From the UHGV virus genome UHGV-1462514: a stretch of 33,614 nt of DNA. The stretch is one strand, 5' to 3'. Each line of letters begins with the position of its first letter. The stretch's first letter is position 1. Both the position numbers and the translations under genes were made by a program. This stretch comes from a virus. The notes beneath the pieces are model-generated. The model was not told the origin of the DNA, did not search any database, and saw only the letters and a program-made list of their open reading frames with translations. This document shows, one piece after another, positions 8,738 through 17,438 of this stretch.

Positions 8738-8974
8738 CTAACTTTTTGCGACTAATGTCGGTCCAGCATCTGCAACTATCCATCTTCCTACTTTAAGCTC
8801 GTGAAATAGTTTCCCTACCACTGGATACTGGAATGTCATATCATAAATACCATTACGTTCCCTTGTAGAAAGAGGATTTATTGCATCTTGTAAAGGACCT
8901 ATGCCTAGGGAGTTCCAATTGTTATTTTTCTTATCATGTAAAATAATCGTGCTCATACGGCTAAAGTCCTCCAT
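8738..8974 (-). CDS. Tal N-terminal fragment (78 aa), ending at the in-frame amber codon
   Basis: ...IILHDKKNNNWNSLGIGPLQDAINPLSTRERNGIYDMTFQYP... reads like a Tal N-terminus; same frame as the 635-aa ORF. Confidence 0.6.
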   Translation of the reverse strand: MEDFSRMSTIILHDKKNNNWNSLGIGPLQDAINPLSTRERNGIYDMTFQYPVVGKLFHELKVGRWIVADAGPTLVAKS

Positions 8975-9714
8975 TTTGGCTTAATTTTAAAATCAGTGAT
9001 ATAGGTATAATTGATAATGCTTTCGCCTGGGGGCAGAGTGATTGGGTTATAACCATCTGTATTTAAAAAGCAATATTTTGTGATATTAACGCCACCATCT
9101 TTATAAGCAATGCCTTCTTCACAATCTAGCGTAATTTTTCCTGTTCCAGCTTCTTTTGCAATCCTGAATTGTTGGCCATTAATATAAATATTACTATCTT
9201 GTGTACTACTAGTTTTATTGAAAGTTATAATTGGCAGACTAGAAAAAGCTTCTGGATTCCTAATGCCACCTCCACTTTTTATATCTCTTTCATCATCACC
9301 ATCAAGACGAAAAACGAACGGCTGGCACTTAAAAACAAAATCAACATCTAACCAACTTCTTGTTTTGTCTGCTGCATCTACTTTGCTGTAGCCTAGCGCT
9401 TTATAATAGTACTCGCTGTATTCACTAAAAATAAGTGGGGCATAATCTTTCGATAAATAAAGCCACGCAGCGATATCTCTTAACTGCGCAGCAATGGTTG
9501 TATCTGGTTGTTTATAAAGTCTTACCGGAAAGACTTTCTCAATGTCGTTATATTTTCCTTTATCGTATATGACATCGGAATTTCTTCCGTCAATTTCTGT
9601 AAACTGCAGAGCGGCCTCTGGAATAGTAAACGTCATTTCGTTTCTTATTCGCATAGAGAATTCATTCGATTTTTTTCCTCTAAATTGAAAATATGGATAA
9701 TTCGTTAAATCCAT
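8953..9714 (-). CDS. Distal tail protein Dit (siphovirus tail component)
   Basis: 253 aa directly downstream of the tape measure, overlapping it by 1 nt. Confidence 0.7.
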   Translation of the reverse strand: MDLTNYPYFQFRGKKSNEFSMRIRNEMTFTIPEAALQFTEIDGRNSDVIYDKGKYNDIEKVFPVRLYKQPDTTIAAQLRDIAAWLYLSKDYAPLIFSEYSEYYYKALGYSKVDAADKTRSWLDVDFVFKCQPFVFRLDGDDERDIKSGGGIRNPEAFSSLPIITFNKTSSTQDSNIYINGQQFRIAKEAGTGKITLDCEEGIAYKDGGVNITKYCFLNTDGYNPITLPPGESIINYTYITDFKIKPKWRTLAV

Positions 9715-12700
9715 TATAGCCGCCCCCTTGTTTGTCGTTCTGTGAGTGTTGCCAATTGTTGAGAAGTTTCTTCAATTGATTTCTCATTAGAAAGATCTGC
9801 ATGTTCAATGTTTATATTTATTGTAGGATTGTATGTTTTCGCAAAGTTGCTATTATTTACAATTTGGCTACCCAAATTAGCAGCGCCCATCATATTTGTG
9901 TTTAATGCTAGTTCTGGACTAGTAAAGTTAAAATTTGAAAAAGCATTATCAAATGAGAGTGTATCCGCAATTTGATTAGCCATAGGCTTAATTGTTTTTT
10001 GGACAGATTTAAAACTCGCTTGTAAGCTTTCATTTAAACCACCCATAATCGCTTTACCAGCTGGAATTAGAAGTTTTCTATCGTAACTAATAGGACCTTT
10101 ATGTTCTCGTATCCAATCACCAATACCACTGACAAACTCTTTCGTCGCTTCCCATGCATGTGTAAGCCCATCAGTGAAACTTTCCATAATTGCTCTACCA
10201 GCCGCAAATAGATCAAAATCCATAGCAGCTTTTACAGTTTCTTTTACACCTTCCCATATGTCTGATGCAATGCTTTTTGCTGTACTCCAAGCACTTTGCA
10301 TTCCTTTTAATGTAGCATCTGCAAGATTGGCTACTGTTGATTTAGTATTTTCCCATTTTTCTGCAGTGGCTTGTTTTACACCTTCCCAAGTATCGGATGC
10401 CCACTGTTTCGCTCCACTCCATGCGCTTTTAGCCCATTCTAGAGCGTTCTTTGCAGATTCTGATACTGTAGTTTTTATTCCGTCCCATGTTTCGGCAGAA
10501 GTTTGCTTAACACTTTCCCAGGTGTCGGATGCCCACTGTTTCGCTCCGCTCCATGCGTTCTTAGCACCATCAAGCGCACTTTTTGCCAAATTTGAAATTG
10601 TACTAGTAATTGCATCCCACACTGTAGAAGCTATATTGCTAATCCCTTCCCATATATCACTTAAGAAGTTTTTTCCAGTTTCCCAAACTGTTTTTACAAA
10701 ATTGACTACGCCTTCAACATATGAACCAATTATCTGTTGTATGCCGTCCCAGATCATACTACCGGCTTCTTTAATACTTTCCCAAATCATTGATAAGTCT
10801 TCCTTTAATTGTTCCCAATCACCAGTTATCAAATCAATCAAAAGTAGTATAGGGCCCATAATTACAGATTTAATCAATTCCCAAACGCCTTCCGCAGTCG
10901 TTTTAATTCCTTCCCATATACCAGTAATTGTTTCTGTGAAATTATTCCAGAGTTCTACAATGCCATCAACAATAATCATCACTGTTGGCCCTATCGTTTC
11001 CCAAATAGCGTTAAATACATCAACTGCAGACTGCCAAATACCTTTCAAAAATTCAACAGACGTATTAAATGCCGAAATAATTCCATCTAATAAACTTTGG
11101 AAAAATTCTGTTACACCGCTCCACAAATCTTTCACTGTTTCTATACTAGATTTAAAGATAGACGTTATATCTTCCCCTAGTTTTTTGAAAAAATCCATCG
11201 TACCCTTCCAGAGCTCTTTAACCGTTTTAACTGCAGAATCAAAAATATCTGTTATTCCTTCCCAAACTCCTTTGAAGAAATCGACCATACCTTCCCAAGC
11301 CTTTACAAGCCAGTCTGTAAAGGCCTTCCATGCTTTTTGACCAGATTTAGTTTTGGTTATCCAATAAACTAATCCAGCGATTAGCGCTGCTATGGCTCCT
11401 ACTATTAAAAAAATCGGATTAATAGACATAACTGCATTAAACGCCGTTTGTATTCCTGTTCCAATTTTAGTAATTAAGTTCCAAGCTTTCTGTGCTTTAA
11501 CTACTAGATTGATATATGTTTGCCAAGCTTTGTAATACAGAACAACGCCAGATATAGCGACACCTAAGGCTACTATTATCCCTTTAAAAACATCTGATGC
11601 AGTCGAACCGCTATCAATCCATTTTATAAAATCTTTAGCTTTTTCGGTTACTTTTAAAAAAGTATCTACTAGCAATATAACAGTATCTATTAAAGTCTCG
11701 GTAATAGAAGTGCTTGTTTCTCCTAGATTAAAACTACCAAAGAAATTGGCAACTGCTTCAACAGAATCGAACAAAATATCTTTCAAATTATTAAATGCAG
11801 CTCCTAATTTTTCCGGAACATCAACAGAACCCAGAATATCAAAAAAGTATTGAATATTTTCTAATACATCTAACACAACATCTTTCAAGGTAGTAAACAC
11901 ACTTGATAAGATATCAATTAAACTTGAACTTTCACTACTTTTCGATATTTCTCCCCAAAATCGTTGAAGAATATTTATTACATCATATACAATAAATCCT
12001 ATTATTTTGAAAGCTTGATCGAATGTATCAGAAAATATTTTTATTATTGATTGATTATCAGCAAAAGCCTTTTTTATTGAATCAATAACAGGAATTAAGC
12101 CATCCATGGCTTTTGTAATCGCTGAAAACGTATTATTTACAATGCCTTTTAAGCTATTCAAATTAGCCGCAATACTTTTTCCAGAAACTTTCGTTACGAT
12201 CTCATCAAATTTAGTTAACACATTTGCCATTCCGTTAGTTATGGAGTTTTTCAAGTTTGAAAAAGAAGTAGCTATACCTTCTGTAGTTTTTCGAGCGACT
12301 TCTTTTGTTCCGCCTAAGCCATCTTGGATATCAATTAACCCTTGGTTGAACTGTTCAACGGTAACCTGACCACTTTGTAAGGCTTTGTACAAATCTTGTT
12401 GCGCAGATTTGCCTGTAAAGCCAAATTTTTCTGCTAACTTATCTAAGCCAAAACCCATGGTTTCTTGTAAAGTTGTGTATGAATCTAGGTCAACTTTACC
12501 AGTACGTAGAATTTTCATATATTGTTCTGTTCCACGTTGTGCTTTTTCACCAATAGAACCACTAGCAAGTAAAGCATTGTTTAAAGCAAGTGTACTGTCA
12601 GCCGCTAAATCGGCATCTTTAAAAACACTATACATTTGTTGCGTAGTGTCACTCACATCTTGCAATTTCGTTGGTAGCCCATCAATTCCTTCTTTCAACT

Positions 12701-12983
12701 TATTCGTTGCACGGGTAGCATCATCTGTACTAGCTCCCATAGCTGTTAAAACTTTAGGAAACTGGTTCAACTTGTCAAAACGTGTAACTGCTCCTTCAAT
12801 TGAGCCTTTTAAAACATCAAATGCTGCACTGCCCAACTTAACGAGCCCCATCGCTTTGACCATGTCTCCAATGCCTCGACTTGCTTTGGCGGACTTGCCT
12901 TCCAATTGGTCTAATTGATTATTTAGCCCTGTAACGTCCTTCCCATTCACATCGACATCAATTACTACACTTCCATCAGCCAT
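9714..12983 (-). CDS. Tail tape measure protein
   Basis: 1089 aa, alpha-helical and low-complexity, with Trp-containing periodic repeats (..AWSGAKQWASDTWEGVKQ..); position between the chaperones and Dit. Confidence 0.85.
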   Translation of the reverse strand: MADGSVVIDVDVNGKDVTGLNNQLDQLEGKSAKASRGIGDMVKAMGLVKLGSAAFDVLKGSIEGAVTRFDKLNQFPKVLTAMGASTDDATRATNKLKEGIDGLPTKLQDVSDTTQQMYSVFKDADLAADSTLALNNALLASGSIGEKAQRGTEQYMKILRTGKVDLDSYTTLQETMGFGLDKLAEKFGFTGKSAQQDLYKALQSGQVTVEQFNQGLIDIQDGLGGTKEVARKTTEGIATSFSNLKNSITNGMANVLTKFDEIVTKVSGKSIAANLNSLKGIVNNTFSAITKAMDGLIPVIDSIKKAFADNQSIIKIFSDTFDQAFKIIGFIVYDVINILQRFWGEISKSSESSSLIDILSSVFTTLKDVVLDVLENIQYFFDILGSVDVPEKLGAAFNNLKDILFDSVEAVANFFGSFNLGETSTSITETLIDTVILLVDTFLKVTEKAKDFIKWIDSGSTASDVFKGIIVALGVAISGVVLYYKAWQTYINLVVKAQKAWNLITKIGTGIQTAFNAVMSINPIFLIVGAIAALIAGLVYWITKTKSGQKAWKAFTDWLVKAWEGMVDFFKGVWEGITDIFDSAVKTVKELWKGTMDFFKKLGEDITSIFKSSIETVKDLWSGVTEFFQSLLDGIISAFNTSVEFLKGIWQSAVDVFNAIWETIGPTVMIIVDGIVELWNNFTETITGIWEGIKTTAEGVWELIKSVIMGPILLLIDLITGDWEQLKEDLSMIWESIKEAGSMIWDGIQQIIGSYVEGVVNFVKTVWETGKNFLSDIWEGISNIASTVWDAITSTISNLAKSALDGAKNAWSGAKQWASDTWESVKQTSAETWDGIKTTVSESAKNALEWAKSAWSGAKQWASDTWEGVKQATAEKWENTKSTVANLADATLKGMQSAWSTAKSIASDIWEGVKETVKAAMDFDLFAAGRAIMESFTDGLTHAWEATKEFVSGIGDWIREHKGPISYDRKLLIPAGKAIMGGLNESLQASFKSVQKTIKPMANQIADTLSFDNAFSNFNFTSPELALNTNMMGAANLGSQIVNNSNFAKTYNPTININIEHADLSNEKSIEETSQQLATLTERQTRGRL
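10383..10565. repeat. Tandem near-identical ~51-bp segments 132 bp apart inside the tape-measure gene (10383-10433 and 10515-10565), encoding repeated KSAWSGAKQWASDTWE(S/G)VKQ units
   Basis: Direct comparison of the two stretches. Confidence 0.6.
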
Positions 12984-13554
12984 CTTCCTCCTCCTCCCTT
13001 ACGTAATTTGGTAATGCATAACGCCTTTGAAGTTCTCTCATTTGTTCCTTGTGTTCAGTACTTTCTCCTTTTTGCGGTTTCCAGTTACGGATACTTTTAA
13101 TTTTTTGAATAGGCGTGTCATCTGGCAACGTTTCTAGCAATACTTGGAATTCTTCCCAAGACAAACGGCCCTGTTCTTCAAATAAATTGATACCTATTTG
13201 TCGAAAAGAGGCATAAATGTATTTTGCATCTAATACAATGTCCATATCTTTACTGACTGGTTTCATTGGCATAACATTTCCTAATTCATCGGTTACCACT
13301 TCTGATTTTTTACCAAAGACGAGATAGGTATCGTATAGTTCTCTGAACATCACAAACTGAGATATAATATCTAGTCCTACATCACCAACTAAAATCTTTA
13401 TACAAGTCTCTACCTTGTCTGGAAGATTCATCCCGTCATCAGACAGCACATCGAAAACATCCAACACACGATCAAAAGCAAGATTTAGAGGATACTCTTT
13501 CTCTTCAAACTCAAAAAAAGAGGGCAGCGGATCGTTTAACCGCATTGCGCTCAC
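12976..13554 (-). CDS. Tail assembly chaperone, T-like ORF, in the -1 frame relative to the upstream G-like ORF
   Basis: Overlaps the upstream ORF by 4 nt (GTGA); acidic; immediately upstream of the tape measure; internal ATG at 13543-13545 has RBS AAAGGG. Confidence 0.5.
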   Translation of the reverse strand: MSAMRLNDPLPSFFEFEEKEYPLNLAFDRVLDVFDVLSDDGMNLPDKVETCIKILVGDVGLDIISQFVMFRELYDTYLVFGKKSEVVTDELGNVMPMKPVSKDMDIVLDAKYIYASFRQIGINLFEEQGRLSWEEFQVLLETLPDDTPIQKIKSIRNWKPQKGESTEHKEQMRELQRRYALPNYVREEEEDG

Positions 13555-13958
13555 CCTTTCTTGCTAACTTTTTTCAAGTACTTCTGTTTTAAACGTTGTG
13601 AATTTTTAGTTTGTTCCTCTTTGAATTCGTCCAATTGATCGGCAATCCCGTTGTATAAATCAAAGAAAGCGTTTAGCCATGCGTTGATGTCTGGAATATC
13701 CGCATACAACGTATCGAATGTCCCTTCGCCTAACATGACGTCATACCCTTTTGCTAACAACTCTTTGTACGGCTCTAAGTCCAAGCTATCTGCATCGTCT
13801 TCATTGGGTCCTTCAATCGAATCTACTTCTTTTTCAAACGCTTCATAGTTTTTTTGTACCTCGATTAAATGTTCTGGTGAACTATCAAAGAAAAATTCAT
13901 GTCCTGCTATAATAACCGGAAAACCCGTGCGTGCTACGTTAATCTCTAATGCTTTCAT
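13551..13958 (-). CDS. Tail assembly chaperone (G-like), acidic, 135 aa
   Basis: Position between the major tail/Ig-like genes and the tape measure. Confidence 0.5.
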   Translation of the reverse strand: MKALEINVARTGFPVIIAGHEFFFDSSPEHLIEVQKNYEAFEKEVDSIEGPNEDDADSLDLEPYKELLAKGYDVMLGEGTFDTLYADIPDINAWLNAFFDLYNGIADQLDEFKEEQTKNSQRLKQKYLKKVSKKG

Positions 13959-13974
13959 TTAATTACCTCCATAA

Positions 13975-14003
13975 AAAAGGACAGCCAAATAGCTGCCCTT
14001 ATT
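13975..14003 (-). terminator. Probable intrinsic terminator downstream of the Ig-like gene
   Basis: - sense GGGCAGC-TATTT-GGCTGTCC followed by TTTTTT; stem has one mismatch. Confidence 0.35.
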
Positions 14004-14010
14004 TTCGTAT

Positions 14011-14463
14011 TTATGCTTGATTATTAAGTGTTAAGGTATGTTGTGCTGTTTTCTTACCATCCTCTGTTTCGCCTTCGGTAACATAAGTACCAGCTGGTAC
14101 CGTTTCTGTCCAAGTGATATTACCTGTTTCAGAGACAGCAAGGCCTTCTGTTACAGGCGTAATAGAATAGTTTACTTTTTTATTTGTAGCATTTTCAGGC
14201 AAAACAGTTGCTGTGATTTGTCGGCTACCTGCAGTACCCGCATCTGCTGTGGATGTTTTAGGAGAAAACTCTAAACCAGTTACAGCAATTGGAGATGTTT
14301 TAAATGCCGGTACATTTACTTTTTCCCCGCCGTCTGCAAAACCTACTTGGTATGTTCCTGCTGGAACGTCGGTGTTTGGCTCAATTCCTGTAATTTCTAG
14401 AGGGCTTGGACCAGCCGGAACAATGACTTCCTCACCTTTATAAACAATATACTCTCTTGCCAT
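14011..14463 (-). CDS. Bacterial Ig-like (Big_2-type) domain protein, separately initiated directly after the major tail gene
   Basis: RBS AAAGGAGAA 6 nt before ATG; Thr/Gly/Pro-rich beta-sandwich-like sequence ...TYQVGFADGGEKVNVPAFK...ITATVLPENATNKKVNYSI... Confidence 0.65.
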   Translation of the reverse strand: MAREYIVYKGEEVIVPAGPSPLEITGIEPNTDVPAGTYQVGFADGGEKVNVPAFKTSPIAVTGLEFSPKTSTADAGTAGSRQITATVLPENATNKKVNYSITPVTEGLAVSETGNITWTETVPAGTYVTEGETEDGKKTAQHTLTLNNQA

Positions 14464-14465
14464 TC

Positions 14466-14546
14466 TTATTCTCCTTTCTCCATTTCAATGATTACCCCAG
14501 TTTTAGTCGGAGTCATTTTACCGATTACTGGGGTTATGCTTTTGGG
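14466..14546 (-). other. Putative -1 programmed ribosomal frameshift cassette at the 3' end of the major tail gene: heptamer C_CCA_AAA (14540-14546), 6-nt spacer, stem CCCCAGT...ACTGGGG; the -1 frame encodes the 26-aa extension SITPVIGKMTPTKTGVIIEMEKGE, ending at TAA 14466-14468
   Basis: Read directly; the same heptamer, spacing and a homologous extension occur at the capsid gene 3' end (16508-16588). Confidence 0.6.
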
Positions 14547-15012
14547 CTGATTTTTGGTAACGTATCGTATTTGATTGAGCAACCGAATTCTTCGTATGCT
14601 GTTGCATCACCAGAACCTGCCTTAATGCCTGTAACTGTTGCACGTCCCACATAAACATCACCATTGGTTTGTACGACTTTATGCCAAATTTTACGGCCAT
14701 CACCTAATTTGTATTTTTTACTAGCAATTAATTGTTGTGCTGGGTCTTCAGCATCGTACATGCCTTCAGGTGTATACGTACCAGATACTGATACTACAGT
14801 CGTTTCAGGCGTTCCATCACCATCATAAAAGCCCGTATCATCTGTTTCTTCGTCTGAATCATCACCAATGGTTGAAATATATTTTGCTAGTCGCAACCAT
14901 TCTGTATCTTCCGTAGGAGCTGTTTCTTTCCCTGGTGTATATTCAGCGATATAGTGTTCACGTTTCGCATTTTTTTCACGTGCAAACATTTGGATATCCA
15001 TTTTTAATAACA
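14534..15012 (-). CDS. Major tail protein
   Basis: RBS AAGGGGG 8 nt before ATG 15012 (MLLKMDIQMF...); 159 aa; position; ends ...LPKISPKA*. Confidence 0.7.
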
Positions 15013-15411
15013 TTATTTTTCCCCCTTGAATGTGGTTAATTTTGCTTGAAAATCTAATAAAAAAACGAACCAACCTTGTTCATCTGCTTCATTGATGAAA
15101 GGTCTGTTCGTTATTGTTAAATTGTTATACTCAAAAGAGCTATCTTTACTTGGTAGTTCTTCAATATTTTCTAATATATCCGATAGCAGCCATAACGTAT
15201 GCTCTATCTTACCACCGTCTTTTGATTTCATGGCAATTTCATAGTTTAACAACTCGTCTTTGATTCCGTCATAATATTCGGTTTCTACCCTACCGCCCGG
15301 TAATGGGTAAATCACTAAGCTTTCTAGTGCTGAAAGGTATCCTTTCCGAATATTTAACGGCAAATTAGGAATCTGGTTTATCTTTTCATTTAAACAATCA
15401 AGAAAATCCAT
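15013..15411 (-). CDS. Tail completion / neck protein (hypothetical)
   Basis: Position between head-tail joining genes and the major tail. Confidence 0.4.
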   Translation of the reverse strand: MDFLDCLNEKINQIPNLPLNIRKGYLSALESLVIYPLPGGRVETEYYDGIKDELLNYEIAMKSKDGGKIEHTLWLLSDILENIEELPSKDSSFEYNNLTITNRPFINEADEQGWFVFLLDFQAKLTTFKGEK

Positions 15412-15737
15412 TACTTAATACCCGCTCCTTTCAGAAAAGCCCGTTTCCACGAATTTAGATAAGCGCCTTTTGCTTTTAAATCCCATCTTGGCCCAGTACC
15501 TGGTGTGGTATATTTTTTTCCGTTCAAATAAAATTGACGTTTCGCGTATTTCGTGCCGTAAATAATCTTTTCACCATTGTTTGATAAATGAACGCTTTGC
15601 CTTAAAATATTATTCTTTCGTGGTACAAATTGGTTCATATCTGCCATCGCTTGATTACCCAGCGCATATCTGCCTCGTCTCATTGCCTCAGGGCTTACTT
15701 TGGTTCTTACACCGCTTAAATTTACCTTAATCCCCAT
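15411..15737 (-). CDS. Head-tail joining protein (HK97 gp10-like), hypothetical
   Basis: 108 aa; position; abuts the upstream gene. Confidence 0.4.
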   Translation of the reverse strand: MGIKVNLSGVRTKVSPEAMRRGRYALGNQAMADMNQFVPRKNNILRQSVHLSNNGEKIIYGTKYAKRQFYLNGKKYTTPGTGPRWDLKAKGAYLNSWKRAFLKGAGIK

Positions 15738-16081
15738 CAGATTACCTCAATCTCATAAGAATAAATAGTGGCTGCTTGATAGGCTTCTATGACAGTATCA
15801 ATTTTAGTGATTACGTGTTCCTTACCATCATAAATAACCAATGATTGTTCTTTGAATTCAGGAAAGGGCATAGTCAATCCGTGATAACAGAAAATCAATC
15901 CGTTATAGAGCAACTGTTTACCGCTTGATGAAAAGGTATATTGGCTTCCTCTGTCAATCCGGCAATACTCAATAAGAACTGGTTCCTTGTATACTGGCTT
16001 GTTCCAATCGCCCTCCCCTAAGTACTCTTTATACTCAAAGGAATCGACTAAGAACTTTTTGGGTGGCTTTGGCATTAGCAT
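15737..16081 (-). CDS. Head closure / head-tail adaptor protein (hypothetical)
   Basis: 114 aa; position. Confidence 0.4.
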   Translation of the reverse strand: MLMPKPPKKFLVDSFEYKEYLGEGDWNKPVYKEPVLIEYCRIDRGSQYTFSSSGKQLLYNGLIFCYHGLTMPFPEFKEQSLVIYDGKEHVITKIDTVIEAYQAATIYSYEIEVI

Positions 16082-16479
16082 GACGAAACACCTCGATATA
16101 ACAAACCTGTACCTTCCAGATACAAATAAACGTCTTCGGCAGTCAACGACTTACTTTCGTTATTTCCAGAAGGATTGTAGCGACTGGCATTAGAAATACT
16201 CGTACGGCCTGCTGAAAAGCTTTGAGGGGCATTGTTGATACTTTCATACGTATCCGCACCAACATCGACAAAATACATTATTTGCGCACACAGAGCGAGT
16301 TTAAACTGTTTCACTCTAAATTGCCTAGAATCTTTCGTTATATCATTGAACTGATAAAAGTAATTCGTTACATTATCAATCGCTGCGGTGGCTTTTACTA
16401 AATATTTGTCAAAGTTATCTTTATATTCATCTGTGGCGCCTGTAAGCTCTTTAAACTCTTCAAAATCAATATAGGACAT
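16075..16479 (-). CDS. Head-tail connector (gp6-like DNA-packaging / connector protein)
   Basis: RBS TAGGAGGA before ATG; 134 aa; first gene after the major capsid. Confidence 0.5.
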   Translation of the reverse strand: MSYIDFEEFKELTGATDEYKDNFDKYLVKATAAIDNVTNYFYQFNDITKDSRQFRVKQFKLALCAQIMYFVDVGADTYESINNAPQSFSAGRTSISNASRYNPSGNNESKSLTAEDVYLYLEGTGLLYRGVSSC

Positions 16480-16490
16480 CTTAGATTCCT

Positions 16491-16520
16491 CCTAAAAAAG
16501 AAGGAGACTAAGCTCCTTCT
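16491..16520 (-). terminator. Intrinsic terminator (attenuator) directly after the major capsid gene and its -1 extension
   Basis: - sense GAAGGAG-CTTAGT-CTCCTTC (7-bp stem) followed by TTTTTT. Confidence 0.5.
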
Positions 16521-16588
16521 TCCATTTCAATAACTACCCCGCTTGTTGTCGGCGTTAGATTACCAACTTTCGGGGCTACGCTTTTGGG
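16508..16588 (-). other. Putative -1 programmed ribosomal frameshift cassette at the 3' end of the major capsid gene: heptamer C_CCA_AAA (16582-16588), 6-nt spacer, stem CCCCG...CGGGG; the -1 frame encodes [24 protein letters not shown], ending at TAG 16508-16510
   Basis: Read directly; paralogous to the tail-gene cassette (14466-14546). Confidence 0.6.
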
Positions 16589-17436
16589 ACATATGACACA
16601 TAAATAGCTTTTTTCGCATTATCAAATACAATTGCATCATAGTAATCCAAACCTTTAATTGTATCACGGTAACCACTACGGTCTTGCGAAGCTGGCACAG
16701 TATCAACTGTCCCGTATTTGACAATTGGCGCAACTGCAGTTAAAGGAACAATGATAAAGTTTAATTTATCTTCAATGTTCACACCTGAGAAACGGTCTTT
16801 CGCCACTTTTAAGATGGGCACGCCACCGTCAATTTGAGCTACTGTGCGATTAATACCATTGATTGCCATTTGGTTAGTAGAAAATGATTTTGTTACCCCT
16901 TTGGCATTTTTTAGCAAGCGATAGGTTGCTGCCGAAACGAACATTACATATCCGCCAGGAACTTCGTTGTCTGTCATATATTCTTCTGCAGCATCATAAG
17001 CCGCTAAAATATTGTCTTCTGTTAATGTTTCATTCACTTTTTTTTCAGCACTATCAAACATTACTTGTACTGCTACTTTGTCACGATGCGGTACAGTGAC
17101 TAAACGCTTGTGCTCTGTCACAATGTTATTAATCGTTAACGCTGCACTTTCAGACTGATCTAATTGATCGACATCATAACCAAACCAGTCTTCATGCGTT
17201 AATTTGATTGTTTCTTTGGCGATATCAATTTGGTTACGTGCATTTTCCCCATTACGTTTGTATTGCGTTGCTTCCATGAATCCTGACATCTTATTCACTC
17301 GTACTTCGTTCACGCCTACAAAATCGGCTGCAGTGATACTTTTTGCGCCTTGCGTCAAAATATCCCACACTTGGGAATCTGCGCGATATTCTTTATCAAT
17401 TGTTGCTAAATCTTTTGAATCTAATACTACTGCCAT
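16576..17436 (-). CDS. Major capsid protein
   Basis: 286 aa; directly downstream of scaffold; ends ...VSYVPKA*. Confidence 0.8.
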   Translation of the reverse strand: MAVVLDSKDLATIDKEYRADSQVWDILTQGAKSITAADFVGVNEVRVNKMSGFMEATQYKRNGENARNQIDIAKETIKLTHEDWFGYDVDQLDQSESAALTINNIVTEHKRLVTVPHRDKVAVQVMFDSAEKKVNETLTEDNILAAYDAAEEYMTDNEVPGGYVMFVSAATYRLLKNAKGVTKSFSTNQMAINGINRTVAQIDGGVPILKVAKDRFSGVNIEDKLNFIIVPLTAVAPIVKYGTVDTVPASQDRSGYRDTIKGLDYYDAIVFDNAKKAIYVSYVPKA

Positions 17437-17438
17437 AA

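Noticed and set aside
10174-11340. 388-aa + strand ORF inside the tape-measure gene
   Set aside because: Antisense to the 1089-aa tape-measure ORF in a repetitive, codon-biased region; Ser/Pro-rich low-complexity translation typical of a spurious antisense frame. The same applies to 12106..12369 and 12385..12918.
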